NCBI GenBank assembly: GCA_040904565.1
Contig: JBBDTI010000003.1
Location: forward strand, 1-47,993
Source of the DNA: Rhodothermales bacterium
GTDB taxonomy: Bacteria; Bacteroidota; Rhodothermia; Rhodothermales; VXPQ01
Direction: 5' to 3'
DNA length: 47,993 nucleotides
The position numbers and the translations under genes were made by a program. Every line of letters begins with the position of its first letter. Position 1 is the stretch's first letter. Under the pieces are notes generated by a model, which had not been told where the DNA came from, ran no database searches, and was given only the letters and a program-made list of their open reading frames with translations. Shown in pieces: positions 35,138 through 44,766 of this stretch.

Positions 35138-36067
35138 ATGCGAATCCGATACCTCGCCGTTTTGACGGCTCTCCTCACGTGTCTGACGGCGTCCCCTCTT
35201 TCCGCGCAGCTTATTTCGGAAGACGAAATGCTCTTTCTGACCCAGGAATGGGAGGGGGAGCGGTATCCCGACGGGCGTCCGATGGTGTCGGCCGATATCC
35301 TCGAGCGTATGGAGATCGTCTCGATCGAGGAAGCCTGGGCGGTGCTTCGCCGGCACGGCTACCACAGCCAGTTCGCGGGGGAATGGATGATGATCCACGA
35401 GGACGAGCCTATCGTAGGGCGCGCGCTTACCGCGCTTTACATGCCTAACCGTCCGGAGCTGCAGGAACGCATGCTGGAACGAGGGCATGCGGCCGGACAG
35501 GTAGGTCCCATGAACTCCTGGCCGATCGACGCGCTCGAGCAGGGCGACGTGTATGTGGCCGATGGATACGGAAAGATCGCCGACGGGACGCTGATCGGCG
35601 ATAATCTCGGCAATGCGATCTATGCGAACTCGGGCAACGGCGTCGTCTTCGACGGGTCGCTCCGTGATCTGGAGGGTCTGGAGGAGATCGAGGGCTTCAA
35701 CGCGTTCGTTCGGGGCTGGCATCCGTCGTACATCCAGGAGATGATGCTGGGTGGACTCAACGTGCCGATCCGTATCGGTGAAGCGCACGTGCTGCCGGGC
35801 GACGTCGTACTCGCCAAGAGGGAAGGCGTGATCTTCATTCCCCCTCACCTCGCGGAAGAGGTCGTCGAAACGGCCGAGATCGTAACGCTCCGCGACCGGT
35901 TCGGACATCAGCGGTTGCGTGAGGGTACCTACACGCCCGGACAGATCGATACGCGGTGGACCGAGGAGATCGAGCGAGACTTCTACGGATGGCTGGAGGC
36001 GAACATCGACGAACTCCCGGTGCCGAGTTCGAGGATTCAGGAAATCCTCGAAGAGCGTAACTGGTAG
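35138..36067 (+). CDS. RraA/HMG-aldolase-like protein with a Sec signal
   Basis: Signal ends LSA-Q; GRALT, GDVYVAD, IGDNL, GVVFDGSLRD and VLPGDVV...EGVIFIP. Confidence 0.85.
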   Translation: MRIRYLAVLTALLTCLTASPLSAQLISEDEMLFLTQEWEGERYPDGRPMVSADILERMEIVSIEEAWAVLRRHGYHSQFAGEWMMIHEDEPIVGRALTALYMPNRPELQERMLERGHAAGQVGPMNSWPIDALEQGDVYVADGYGKIADGTLIGDNLGNAIYANSGNGVVFDGSLRDLEGLEEIEGFNAFVRGWHPSYIQEMMLGGLNVPIRIGEAHVLPGDVVLAKREGVIFIPPHLAEEVVETAEIVTLRDRFGHQRLREGTYTPGQIDTRWTEEIERDFYGWLEANIDELPVPSSRIQEILEERNW

Positions 36068-36204
36068 GAACCATACCTTTCGCCCCCTTCACCACCCGGG
36101 CACGTCAACCACCGTTTCGAGCATCCGTGCGGCCTATCAGGAAACCCTGCGGGTGTCCATCCCATGTAACGTGTATCGATTAGTTAGTTACAGAGAGCGT
36201 AAAC

Positions 36205-36528
36205 ATGAGATTGGAAGTATTCGTCGACAATCTGCGTACCTCGCAGGATCAGTCCGATCCGACCATTATGGAGTTCAACGCGAAGCCGGCGCAGGGAGAT
36301 TTCGTTGCGATAGACCTGGGCGAGGAAGAGGTTCGAACGTTTCGCGTTCGCAAGGTATGGCATCATTTCTTCCGTCCGGAAGATTCGGAGTATGCCGTAT
36401 CTGCCGGACTCTCGGAAGGTCAGATCATTATCGAACTTGAAGAGGTCCATAGCATGACGGAAGCTCCTTCAACCTACGAGGTGCTACCGCTGAACGGATC
36501 GTCGAGTGCATCGGATGGCGATGCGTAG
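36205..36528 (+). CDS. Hypothetical protein
   Basis: 107-aa ORF with normal composition that fills the gap between RraA and Dabb; GAGAG upstream; no recognised motif. Confidence 0.6.
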   Translation: MRLEVFVDNLRTSQDQSDPTIMEFNAKPAQGDFVAIDLGEEEVRTFRVRKVWHHFFRPEDSEYAVSAGLSEGQIIIELEEVHSMTEAPSTYEVLPLNGSSSASDGDA

Positions 36529-36561
36529 GATTACCCCATAAGCTTCATACGCAGGATATCT

Positions 36562-36864
36562 ATGTTTGTACACTCCGTATATTTCTGGCTTCGCGACGAT
36601 CTGAGCCGTGAAGAACGGGCTCGGTTCGTGGTCGGTGTTAACAGCCTTACCGAGATCGAGTCGGTTGCCCACGGACACGTAGGCACCCCTGCGTCGACAG
36701 ACCGCCCGATCATCGACCGAAGCTACTCCTATGGACTCGTTGTGGCGTTCGAAGATGAAGCAGCGCACGACGCCTACCAGGTCGATCCGATCCACGATCG
36801 ATTCCGCGATGCGTGCGGCGATCTCTGGAGGGACGTAAAGATTTTCGACATGGAAACCGCGTGA
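36562..36864 (+). CDS. Dabb family (stress-responsive A/B barrel) protein
   Basis: MFVHSVYFWL, R..IDRSYSYGL...F....HDAYQ..P.H..F and W..VKIFD. Confidence 0.88.
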   Translation: MFVHSVYFWLRDDLSREERARFVVGVNSLTEIESVAHGHVGTPASTDRPIIDRSYSYGLVVAFEDEAAHDAYQVDPIHDRFRDACGDLWRDVKIFDMETA

Positions 36865-36895
36865 CCGTACCGTCTCGCGCCGTGTTATGCCGGGC

Positions 36896-37444
36896 CTACG
36901 GGCCCAGCAGCGAGTCCGGGATGACGACGCTGTAGACGCCGCGCAGGTCGCCCGGTTCGAAGCCAAAGGCGCGGTCGCTCGGATACCGCTCCGGCACGAA
37001 ATCGGGCAATTCGCTTTCGGCACCGTGACATGCGAGGCAAGACTCCTCGACGGTAATCCGGTGGAAATAACGAAGCCCCCCATTTACGTCGAGCCAGAGA
37101 CTGTCCAGCGTCGGATCATCCTCGAAGCGGTCGATGACCGGCAGGGCGTCGTCGTCAGGATAATTGGCCGGATTTCGGTTTCTCGTTGCGAGCTGCCTGA
37201 ATTCCCATCCGTGCTGCTGAGCGAGTTCCGCGGCGCGCCGACCGACGGGCGGACATACGTCCGCGAACGTTGCGAAGTCCACCTCACCCCCGTCCATCGA
37301 GGCGGCTCGCGCCGAGCGCATGGAGTCGACCTCGTGAACGGCCTGGACGACGAGCCGCTGCTGCTCGTTCAGGGTATCAGTAGCAGGGGGTGAGCCGTCG
37401 CATGCGGCGGCAATGACTAACAGAAAAGGAAGCAGATATTTCAT
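36896..37444 (-). CDS. DUF3365/Tll0287-like c-type haem lipoprotein
   Basis: Lipobox AAAC; RNRNPAN.PD, RYF..I....CLACHG and YPSDRA.GF..GDLRG..SV. Confidence 0.85.
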   Translation of the reverse strand: MKYLLPFLLVIAAACDGSPPATDTLNEQQRLVVQAVHEVDSMRSARAASMDGGEVDFATFADVCPPVGRRAAELAQQHGWEFRQLATRNRNPANYPDDDALPVIDRFEDDPTLDSLWLDVNGGLRYFHRITVEESCLACHGAESELPDFVPERYPSDRAFGFEPGDLRGVYSVVIPDSLLGP

Positions 37445-37481
37445 GATAGGCCTCGTGCCTGGTTTGTCATAAACGTGCGGG

Positions 37482-39890
37482 TTACAGGGTAAAATCATGC
37501 GTCTCGCCCTGGTGCAGTTCTACGACCGTATCCCGAAAGCCGATCTCTGCGGCGGGTGAGGGGCCGCGGTCGAACGTCACGGAGAGTTTATCGTCGGTCA
37601 GACGGACGGACAGCCAGTGGCCGCGGTACCGAAGGCGAAGGCGAACGTCCGACAGTTCATACGGAAGGAGAGGATTAAACCAGAGCACCTCGTCGCGCAT
37701 TTCGAGGCCCGTATGCACGCGCTGGATAAGGTCGACGGTTCCGGCCATGGCACCCAGGTGGATGCCCTCGTGGGTGGTTCCCCCCTGGATGTCGTCGACA
37801 TCGCTGCGCAAGGCGTCCCGAAAAAGCTGCCAGGCTCCGCCTCGATCGGCCCGGGCGAGGACCCACGAGTGGACGACCCGGCTGAGCGTGGATCCGTGCG
37901 ACGTGCGACGGATGTAGTACTCGATATTTTTCGGAATGACGGCGGGGTCGAATACGTAGCCCATGTGGTCGAAAAGGCTCACTAGCTGCTCGGATGAGAA
38001 GAGATAGAACAGCATGAGCACGTCGGCCTGCTTGCTGGCCTTATAACGATTGACGTCGTCGTCCTCCGCTTCGAGAATCCTATCGAGGCGCTGAATGTCG
38101 CCGTATTCTTCGCGGTAGCCGTCCCAGTCAAACTCTTCCAGCTTCTCGTATCCCTCGAACTGACTGATGATGTCGTCCGCATGGAATGGGACGAACATTT
38201 TGCTCGAGATCTGCCGCCAGCGGACGAGCTCTTCGTCGGCCAGGTCGATGCCGGCACGGAGATGCTCCCGACGCGTTTCGTCGAGAAGGTCGATTACGCT
38301 GCAGGCCGTCCGGAGAAGCCAGACGGCCATCACGTTGGTGTACGCATTGTTGTTCAATCCCGGCTCGTCCGCCCACGGATACCCCGTGTGAAACTCATCC
38401 GGGCCCATCACGCCGCGAATTTCATAGCGGTCCCTATCGGCGTCGTAGGTTGCAATGCTAGCCCAGAACCGGGCCAGCTCCAGCAGCATCTCGGCACCGT
38501 AGTGGGAGAGGAACTCCATGTCTCCCGTCGCCTGGTAATACTGCCATACGTTATAGGCGATGGCGACGTTTACGTGGCGCTGAATGTTGGTCTCGTCTTC
38601 GACCCAGCGCCCCGATCGGGGATTCAGGTGAAGCACCTGACTCTCCTCGCTGCCGTCGCTTCCGCTCTGCCACGGATACATCGCGCCGTCGAAGCCCTCC
38701 TCGGCGGCCAGAACCCGGGCTTCCGGCATGCGGCGGTACCGGTACATCAGCAGTGAACGGGTGAGCTCCGGGAGGCGGAGCGTGAGAAAAGGAAAGATGA
38801 AGAGCTCATCCCAGAACACGTGTCCCCGATATGCTTCTCCGTGCCAGCCCCGTGCGGGCACGCCTACGTCGCGATCGATCGTGTTGGGAGACGCCGTCTG
38901 AAGCAGGTGGAAAATGTGGAGCCGCAGCATGAACTGGGTTTCCACGTCGCCGTCGGAGAGCACGATGTCTGCATGGCTCCAGAGCTGTTCCCATTCCTCC
39001 ATATGGTCCTCGAGCAGCGACGTGAAGGTGGCGGCGCGCCGGATCCCCTTGCAGGCCTGTTTCCGCGATTCGCTGATGGCGAAATCTTTCGACGTATGGA
39101 TTGCGGCAATCTTTTCGACGCGAAGCGGCTTGTTGCGACGGCATGCAACGGTGAGGATCTGGCCCGCGGAGGCGTCTGTCCGATCGCGCGTGCGGTCTAC
39201 GGCTATGGGATCTTGGCCATCGAAGACGCGCGTCCGCGCTGCCTGCGTCATTCGTATGCGTGACTGGTTCGTACGCACGGTAAGATAGAAGGCGTCGTCA
39301 CCTTCGAAGCCGCATTCGAGGACCTCGAGGTGTTCGTTGTTCAGGTCGCTGTAACGGTCGACGTTCGCGTTCACGACGCCGCCGTCTATCGATGACCGCA
39401 GTTCTATCTCCCCGGTCCAGTCATGCGAGGTCAGCGTCCACTCGATACCGGTGAGGTGAGGGCTTCTCATGTGCACGAACCGGCGCGTAGCCAGGGTAAA
39501 CCTTCGCTCCTCCGCGTCCGCGAAACGGACGTGCCGGTGCAGTACCCCCCGGTAGACGTCCAGGCGCTGCGAGAATTCGTCGATCCGGACGTCGTCGATG
39601 TGAAACCAGTCTCCGCCCACCGGTCGGAACGTAAGCGGAAGCCAGTTGGGGAAGTTTACGAGGTCCTCGTTTCCCAGAACGTGACCTTCGACGGGCGTCT
39701 CGAGCCGGTTGTAACCGCCGGCGAGATACGTTCCGGGGTAATGGGATGCGCCGGCACCGGCCTCCTCGAATGCACCGCGCGTCGCGATCTGCCCGTTGCC
39801 GAGCGTGCACAGGGCCTCCCGCAGCGGTTGCTGCTCGGGATCCCAATCGGTATAGACCAGCTCCCATTCTTTGATCTCGCGTTTCGCCAT
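37482..39890 (-). CDS. Glycoside hydrolase family 65 (trehalose/maltose-type phosphorylase)
   Basis: REALCTLGNG, ARGWHGEAYRGHVFWDE, GAMYPWQS, GPDEFH, KQADVLM, HGSTLS and GIHLGAMAG. Confidence 0.93.
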   Translation of the reverse strand: MAKREIKEWELVYTDWDPEQQPLREALCTLGNGQIATRGAFEEAGAGASHYPGTYLAGGYNRLETPVEGHVLGNEDLVNFPNWLPLTFRPVGGDWFHIDDVRIDEFSQRLDVYRGVLHRHVRFADAEERRFTLATRRFVHMRSPHLTGIEWTLTSHDWTGEIELRSSIDGGVVNANVDRYSDLNNEHLEVLECGFEGDDAFYLTVRTNQSRIRMTQAARTRVFDGQDPIAVDRTRDRTDASAGQILTVACRRNKPLRVEKIAAIHTSKDFAISESRKQACKGIRRAATFTSLLEDHMEEWEQLWSHADIVLSDGDVETQFMLRLHIFHLLQTASPNTIDRDVGVPARGWHGEAYRGHVFWDELFIFPFLTLRLPELTRSLLMYRYRRMPEARVLAAEEGFDGAMYPWQSGSDGSEESQVLHLNPRSGRWVEDETNIQRHVNVAIAYNVWQYYQATGDMEFLSHYGAEMLLELARFWASIATYDADRDRYEIRGVMGPDEFHTGYPWADEPGLNNNAYTNVMAVWLLRTACSVIDLLDETRREHLRAGIDLADEELVRWRQISSKMFVPFHADDIISQFEGYEKLEEFDWDGYREEYGDIQRLDRILEAEDDDVNRYKASKQADVLMLFYLFSSEQLVSLFDHMGYVFDPAVIPKNIEYYIRRTSHGSTLSRVVHSWVLARADRGGAWQLFRDALRSDVDDIQGGTTHEGIHLGAMAGTVDLIQRVHTGLEMRDEVLWFNPLLPYELSDVRLRLRYRGHWLSVRLTDDKLSVTFDRGPSPAAEIGFRDTVVELHQGETHDFTL

Positions 39891-39954
39891 TATCCAGGGT
39901 CGATCTAATCAGGCCTGCTGCACGTTCGTTTCGGGAACGAGCCGATCGCGTTCG

Positions 39955-40716
39955 TTAACGGCCCTCCAGCTCCCGTACGTCATACACGACGACGTCGGCA
40001 CCATGTTCGGCGAGATCCTGCTGCCGGTCTCGGGCCACGCCGACCACGAGACCGAATCCGCCGGCGCGCCCGGCCTTCACGCCCGAGACGGCATCTTCGA
40101 GTACGATCGCGTCTCGCGGCCTGACCTCGAGCCTGCGAGCGGCTTCGAGAAAGATATCCGCGTCGGGCTTGCCCTGAAGCCCGATCTCCGCCGCGTCGAC
40201 ACCGTCGACCTTTGCGTCGAACAGCTCGGACAATCCGGCCGCCTCGAGAACGGGAACGCAGTTTCGGCTCGAAGACACCACCGCCGTTTTCAGTCCCGCC
40301 GCTCGCCATCGTCGGAGTTGCTCGACGGCATCGTCAAAGGTGTCAACTCCCTTTTCCTTCAGCAGGTGCTGGAAGTGCTCGTTCTTCCGGTTGCCGATCC
40401 CGTAGATGGTTTCTTCCTCCGGTCGATCGTCGGGGTCGCCTTCCGGCACTTCGATGCCGCGTGAGGCGAGGAAGCTGCGGACGCCGTCGAAGCGGGGCAT
40501 CCCGTCGACGTACCGGCGGTAATCCGATTCGACGTCGAAAGGGGCCTGGTCCTCGCCGCGTCGATTCAGAACGTCGTCGAAGGTAGACTTCCAGGCGGCG
40601 GCGTGGACGGCGGCCGTCCGTGTCAGCACACCATCCAGATCGAAAATCGCCGCTTTAAAGCGCGACCTCGGTGATTCCGTGGCTGCGTCGCCTGATTGAG
40701 ACACCGTCTTGCTCAT
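39955..40716 (-). CDS. Beta-phosphoglucomutase-like HAD hydrolase
   Basis: FDLDGVLT, HAAAWK..FD, VSSSRN, GKP..DIF and EDAVSGV.AG; directly upstream of GH65. Confidence 0.9.
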   Translation of the reverse strand: MSKTVSQSGDAATESPRSRFKAAIFDLDGVLTRTAAVHAAAWKSTFDDVLNRRGEDQAPFDVESDYRRYVDGMPRFDGVRSFLASRGIEVPEGDPDDRPEEETIYGIGNRKNEHFQHLLKEKGVDTFDDAVEQLRRWRAAGLKTAVVSSSRNCVPVLEAAGLSELFDAKVDGVDAAEIGLQGKPDADIFLEAARRLEVRPRDAIVLEDAVSGVKAGRAGGFGLVVGVARDRQQDLAEHGADVVVYDVRELEGR

Positions 40717-40792
40717 CGCGATGCTGCCTACATATTTCGCGTGATCTCACGTGCCCATCGCGCCTCGTGCTAGCGCCTCGTACTCGCACCGA

Positions 40793-41584
40793 TTATCTCG
40801 CCGTATAGCCGCCGTCGATGACGAGCTCGCTTCCGGTGACGAATTTCGATTCGTCGGACGCCAGATAGACGATGCCGTAGGCGATGTCGTCCGGTTCGCC
40901 TACGTGTCCGATGGGATGGAGGCTGTCGAGGTTCGCACGGAAGGCTTCCACCCCTTCCTCCGATTCTCTGCCAAGGTCCTCAACCAGAGGCGTCCATATG
41001 TACCCGGGGTGTACCGAGTTGACGCGGATGTTCTCTTCAGCATACAGGAGCGCATCCGTCTTGCTCATCAGCCGAACGGCGCCCTTGGACGCGTGGTACG
41101 GGGGAATGTCGGGTGCGCCGATGATGCCGTAGATCGACGATAGGTTGATAATGCTTCCGCCGCCCGCCACGCGCATGTAAGGTATGGCGTACTTCGTGCA
41201 GTAAAAGACGCCCTTCACATTCACGTCGAACACCTTATCCCAGTCGGCTTCCGTGAGCAGGTCCGTCGGCTTATTGGCTCCCGCGATGCCGGCGTTGTTG
41301 ACGAGCACGTCGATATGACCGCCTTCCTCGGGCGTGCTGTCCCAATGCATGGCGATCTCGTCGAAAGCACGGCTGACTTCCTGGCTGTCGGCGACGTTGA
41401 CCTTCCAGAAAGCGGCGTGGCCCCCGTTGGACGCAATCTCTTCGACGACCTCGCGGCCGGCGTCTTCGTCGAGATCGAGCACGGCCACCAGGGCGCCGGC
41501 TTCCGCCAGGCGGATGGCCGCCGCCCGGCCTATTCCCTTTCCTCCCCCGGTAACGATGGTAACTTTATCTTCTACGCGTTTCAT
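40793..41584 (-). CDS. SDR family oxidoreductase
   Basis: TGGGKGIG, NNAGI, NLSS, YHASKG, NSVHPG and TGSELVIDGG. Confidence 0.92.
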   Translation of the reverse strand: MKRVEDKVTIVTGGGKGIGRAAAIRLAEAGALVAVLDLDEDAGREVVEEIASNGGHAAFWKVNVADSQEVSRAFDEIAMHWDSTPEEGGHIDVLVNNAGIAGANKPTDLLTEADWDKVFDVNVKGVFYCTKYAIPYMRVAGGGSIINLSSIYGIIGAPDIPPYHASKGAVRLMSKTDALLYAEENIRVNSVHPGYIWTPLVEDLGRESEEGVEAFRANLDSLHPIGHVGEPDDIAYGIVYLASDESKFVTGSELVIDGGYTAR

Positions 41585-41692
41585 GGTGGAGAGCCTCGTC
41601 GTTCATGTGTTCGTCAGGGTGCAAACGCATATTACGTGTCAGCCCGCTCGGGCCGCGTCAGGTGGAGCCGCAATCCGACGTGGAGCATTCCC

Positions 41693-44356
41693 TTACTCGG
41701 ACCGCCGCCCGGAGATCGTGACGTAGAGCTGGCCGACGAGGAGGGGGAAGAGGCTTCCGGCTGCAATCAACGACCATCCCGTGGGCCCCGGGGGAGAAAT
41801 TCCGAGGATGTCGGCCAGCACGGGAACGAACACGGCGATCAGGAGCAGAGCCAGGCAGAGTATGATGGCGCCCCAGACGAAGGGATTGCGCGTGATCTCG
41901 TTTACGAACAGCCCGCTGCCCGGACGCCGCATATTGAAGGCGTGCACCAGACGCGTGATCGAGAGCGTGAGGAAGGAGATCGTAACGGCTTCCGTGTCGC
42001 TCATCTCCAGCCCCCACAGCGCATAGAAAAACACCCCCAGCACCGAGGCGGCGATCAGGATGCCGTATCCGCCGATATCGATCCATCCGCGGCGCGTGAC
42101 GACCGCCTCTTCGGGATCGCGTGGCGGTTCGCTCATCACTTCGGGAATGCCCCGTCCAACCCCGAGTGCAAGCGCCGGAAACACGTCGTTCAATAAATTG
42201 ATGTAGAGAATCTGCAGGGGAAGAAGAGGAAGCACGGTGCCGGCTGCCGCCCCCACGGCGACGGCCAGAATTTCTCCGACGTTTCCAGAGAGAAGATAGA
42301 TGACGAACTTGCGGATGTTTTCAAAGATGATCCGTCCCTGTTCGATGGCCACCGCCATCGTACCCAGTTCGTCGTCCTGGAGCACCATGTCCGCGGCTTC
42401 CTGAGCGACTTCCGTACCCCGGTCCCCCATCGCGACGCCGATGTCGGCCTTCCGGAGTGCCGGTGCGTCGTTCACCCCGTCGCCGGTCATCGCGACGATT
42501 TCGCCGTTCTTCTGGTAGAGATCGATCAGATCGAGCTTTTGCTGCGGTGTTACGCGGGCGACGACGTCGGCCTGGAGGATTCCGCTCGCCGAAGCGTCCG
42601 AATCGCCGCCGGCTTCAGGAAAGTCGCGGCCTTCCACGGCCCGGCCGTCTTCAGACAGTCCGATGGCCCGGCTGATATTGAGAGCGGTCTCGGGGTGGTC
42701 TCCCGTGACCATGACGAGACGTATTCCGGCGTCCCGGAATCGACGGATCACGTCACGTACTTCCTCTTTGGGAGGATCCAGCAAGCCTACGAAGCCGAGA
42801 AAACATAGATCGGAATAGGGGTCGGCATCTTCGTCGTCCACCGTTTTGCGGGCGAGACCGAGTACGCGCAGTCCGTCTCGTGCCATCTCGTCGTCGATCT
42901 CATGCCATCGGGCTTTCTCGTCCTCGCCGAACGGGCCTTCGGCACCGTCTTTCAATCGGTGCGTGGACGCCTCCAGCACCACTTCCGGAGCTCCCTTGAC
43001 GGCCACGAAAACGCCCTCTTCAGACTGGTGAAAGGTGGCCATCATATTCGTTTCGCGAGAGAATGCCTCCGTTCGCAGTTCGTCCATCCTGTCGACGAGG
43101 TCGTCGCGTTCGAGCCCTAGCTTGCGACCGAAATCAAGCAGCGCGATCTCCATCGGATCCCCCGTTTCGTCGTCCGCGCCGTTGCACAGCACGGCAACCC
43201 GGGCGGCTGCGCGCACGGCGTCCTCGCCGGCGTCACGATCTGCATCCTCAGTTGGATTCGCCGGGTCCGATTCCTCCGAAAAATCCGTCTGTCCATCGGG
43301 CTGATGGAGGCGACGAACGACCATCTCATTGCGCGTAAGCGTGCCCGTCTTGTCCGTGCAGATGAGCGTCGTGGCACCGAGGGTCTCCACGGACGAAAGG
43401 CGACGCACGAAGGCGTTTCGCCGCATCATCCGTCGCATGCCGTAGGCGAGTGCAACGGTGGCGACGATGGGGAGTCCCTCGGGGATGGCTGCCACGGCCA
43501 GCGCGATGCCGGTTTCGATCATCAGATACAGATCGCGGCCGGCAAGGAGGCCGGTGCCGGTGACCAGGAAGGCGATGCCGAGCGTCAGCCAGACGAGGTG
43601 CCGGCCGAGGTGGTCCAGTTTTCGCTCCAACGGCGTCTGGTTCTGACCGGCGGATTCTACCATCTCGGATATTTCGCCGAGTTCGGTACGCATTCCGGTC
43701 CCCGTTACGACACCCGCAGCCGTACCGCTGCTCACGGCCGTACCCCGATAGGCCATATCCAATCGGTCCGCCAGCGCGGCATCTTCCCCGACGGGTTCGA
43801 CGTGTTTGGAAACCGGGACGGATTCGCCCGTCAGGGCGGATTCATCGATTTGCAGCTGGTCCAGATCGATGAGGCGCAGGTCGGCCGGCACGATTTCTCC
43901 TTCCCGCAGCAACACGATGTCGCCCGGTACCAGGTTCGAAGCCGGGACCTCCGTCTCCGCGTCGGATCGCCGTACGCGTGCGGTCACCTCAGCCATCTTC
44001 TGAAGTGCTTCCATCGATCGAACGGCGCGCCATTCCGTAAAGAATCCGATGGCCGTGTTGATGGCGATGACGGCGGCAATCGCGACCGCCTCGGCCGTCT
44101 GTCCGGATACTACCGAAACGATCATCGCGGAAACCAGCAGGAGCATGATCAGGCTCTTGACCTGATCCCAGAGAATGGCCAGCGCGCTTCGCCGTTCGAT
44201 GCCGCGGAGTCGATTGGGGCCGTACCGTTCCAGTCGACGCTCGACGTCACGCTCCGAAAGACCCCTCGGCGACGTATCGAGACCGTCGAGCACCGCTTCG
44301 GCTTCGATCGACCACGGATGCGCCGGTGCGTCGGCGTACTCCTTCCGAGATTCCAT
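41693..44356 (-). CDS. P2-type (Ca2+/cation) transporting ATPase
   Basis: TGES, IPEGL, DKTGTLT, KGAPE, DPP, TGD and GDGVNDAPAL, with about 10 transmembrane segments. Confidence 0.95.
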   Translation of the reverse strand: MESRKEYADAPAHPWSIEAEAVLDGLDTSPRGLSERDVERRLERYGPNRLRGIERRSALAILWDQVKSLIMLLLVSAMIVSVVSGQTAEAVAIAAVIAINTAIGFFTEWRAVRSMEALQKMAEVTARVRRSDAETEVPASNLVPGDIVLLREGEIVPADLRLIDLDQLQIDESALTGESVPVSKHVEPVGEDAALADRLDMAYRGTAVSSGTAAGVVTGTGMRTELGEISEMVESAGQNQTPLERKLDHLGRHLVWLTLGIAFLVTGTGLLAGRDLYLMIETGIALAVAAIPEGLPIVATVALAYGMRRMMRRNAFVRRLSSVETLGATTLICTDKTGTLTRNEMVVRRLHQPDGQTDFSEESDPANPTEDADRDAGEDAVRAAARVAVLCNGADDETGDPMEIALLDFGRKLGLERDDLVDRMDELRTEAFSRETNMMATFHQSEEGVFVAVKGAPEVVLEASTHRLKDGAEGPFGEDEKARWHEIDDEMARDGLRVLGLARKTVDDEDADPYSDLCFLGFVGLLDPPKEEVRDVIRRFRDAGIRLVMVTGDHPETALNISRAIGLSEDGRAVEGRDFPEAGGDSDASASGILQADVVARVTPQQKLDLIDLYQKNGEIVAMTGDGVNDAPALRKADIGVAMGDRGTEVAQEAADMVLQDDELGTMAVAIEQGRIIFENIRKFVIYLLSGNVGEILAVAVGAAAGTVLPLLPLQILYINLLNDVFPALALGVGRGIPEVMSEPPRDPEEAVVTRRGWIDIGGYGILIAASVLGVFFYALWGLEMSDTEAVTISFLTLSITRLVHAFNMRRPGSGLFVNEITRNPFVWGAIILCLALLLIAVFVPVLADILGISPPGPTGWSLIAAGSLFPLLVGQLYVTISGRRSE

Positions 44357-44415
44357 GAATTACGCTGGGGGTGAACGGGGCTCCGGCCTCCACGAAGGCG
44401 TGACCTCCGGGAGGT

Positions 44416-44766
44416 TCATGACGGACGCACGGAGAGCGTTATCGTTTCCTCCGGACGGGGCGCGCCCTGACGGTTCTGACGAACGACAGGCTCCCGTCCT
44501 TCGATCCGCCGGAGCGTTTCGGCGGCATGATCGAGCTGACGTCGGAGGCCTTCTACGCGGGCGACGAAATGGAGGGCATCCCGATGCCCGTCCACACGTT
44601 TGCGGCTGGCCTGTGATTCGAGCACGACGCGGGCATGGCGAAGCGTAACATCGACGAGACGGGACAACAGGTCGACATCGTCCCGGAGCACGCATATCGG
44701 CGAGTCTTGTACGGCGGGTACCGTAGGAGCGCGGGCGGAGATGGGTGCGAGGGCAGGGTCGTTCAT
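44416..44766 (-). CDS. Hypothetical protein
   Basis: 116-aa ORF co-oriented with and upstream of the ATPase, with an amphipathic helical middle; no recognised motif. Confidence 0.4.
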   Translation of the reverse strand: MNDPALAPISARAPTVPAVQDSPICVLRDDVDLLSRLVDVTLRHARVVLESQASRKRVDGHRDALHFVARVEGLRRQLDHAAETLRRIEGREPVVRQNRQGAPRPEETITLSVRPS

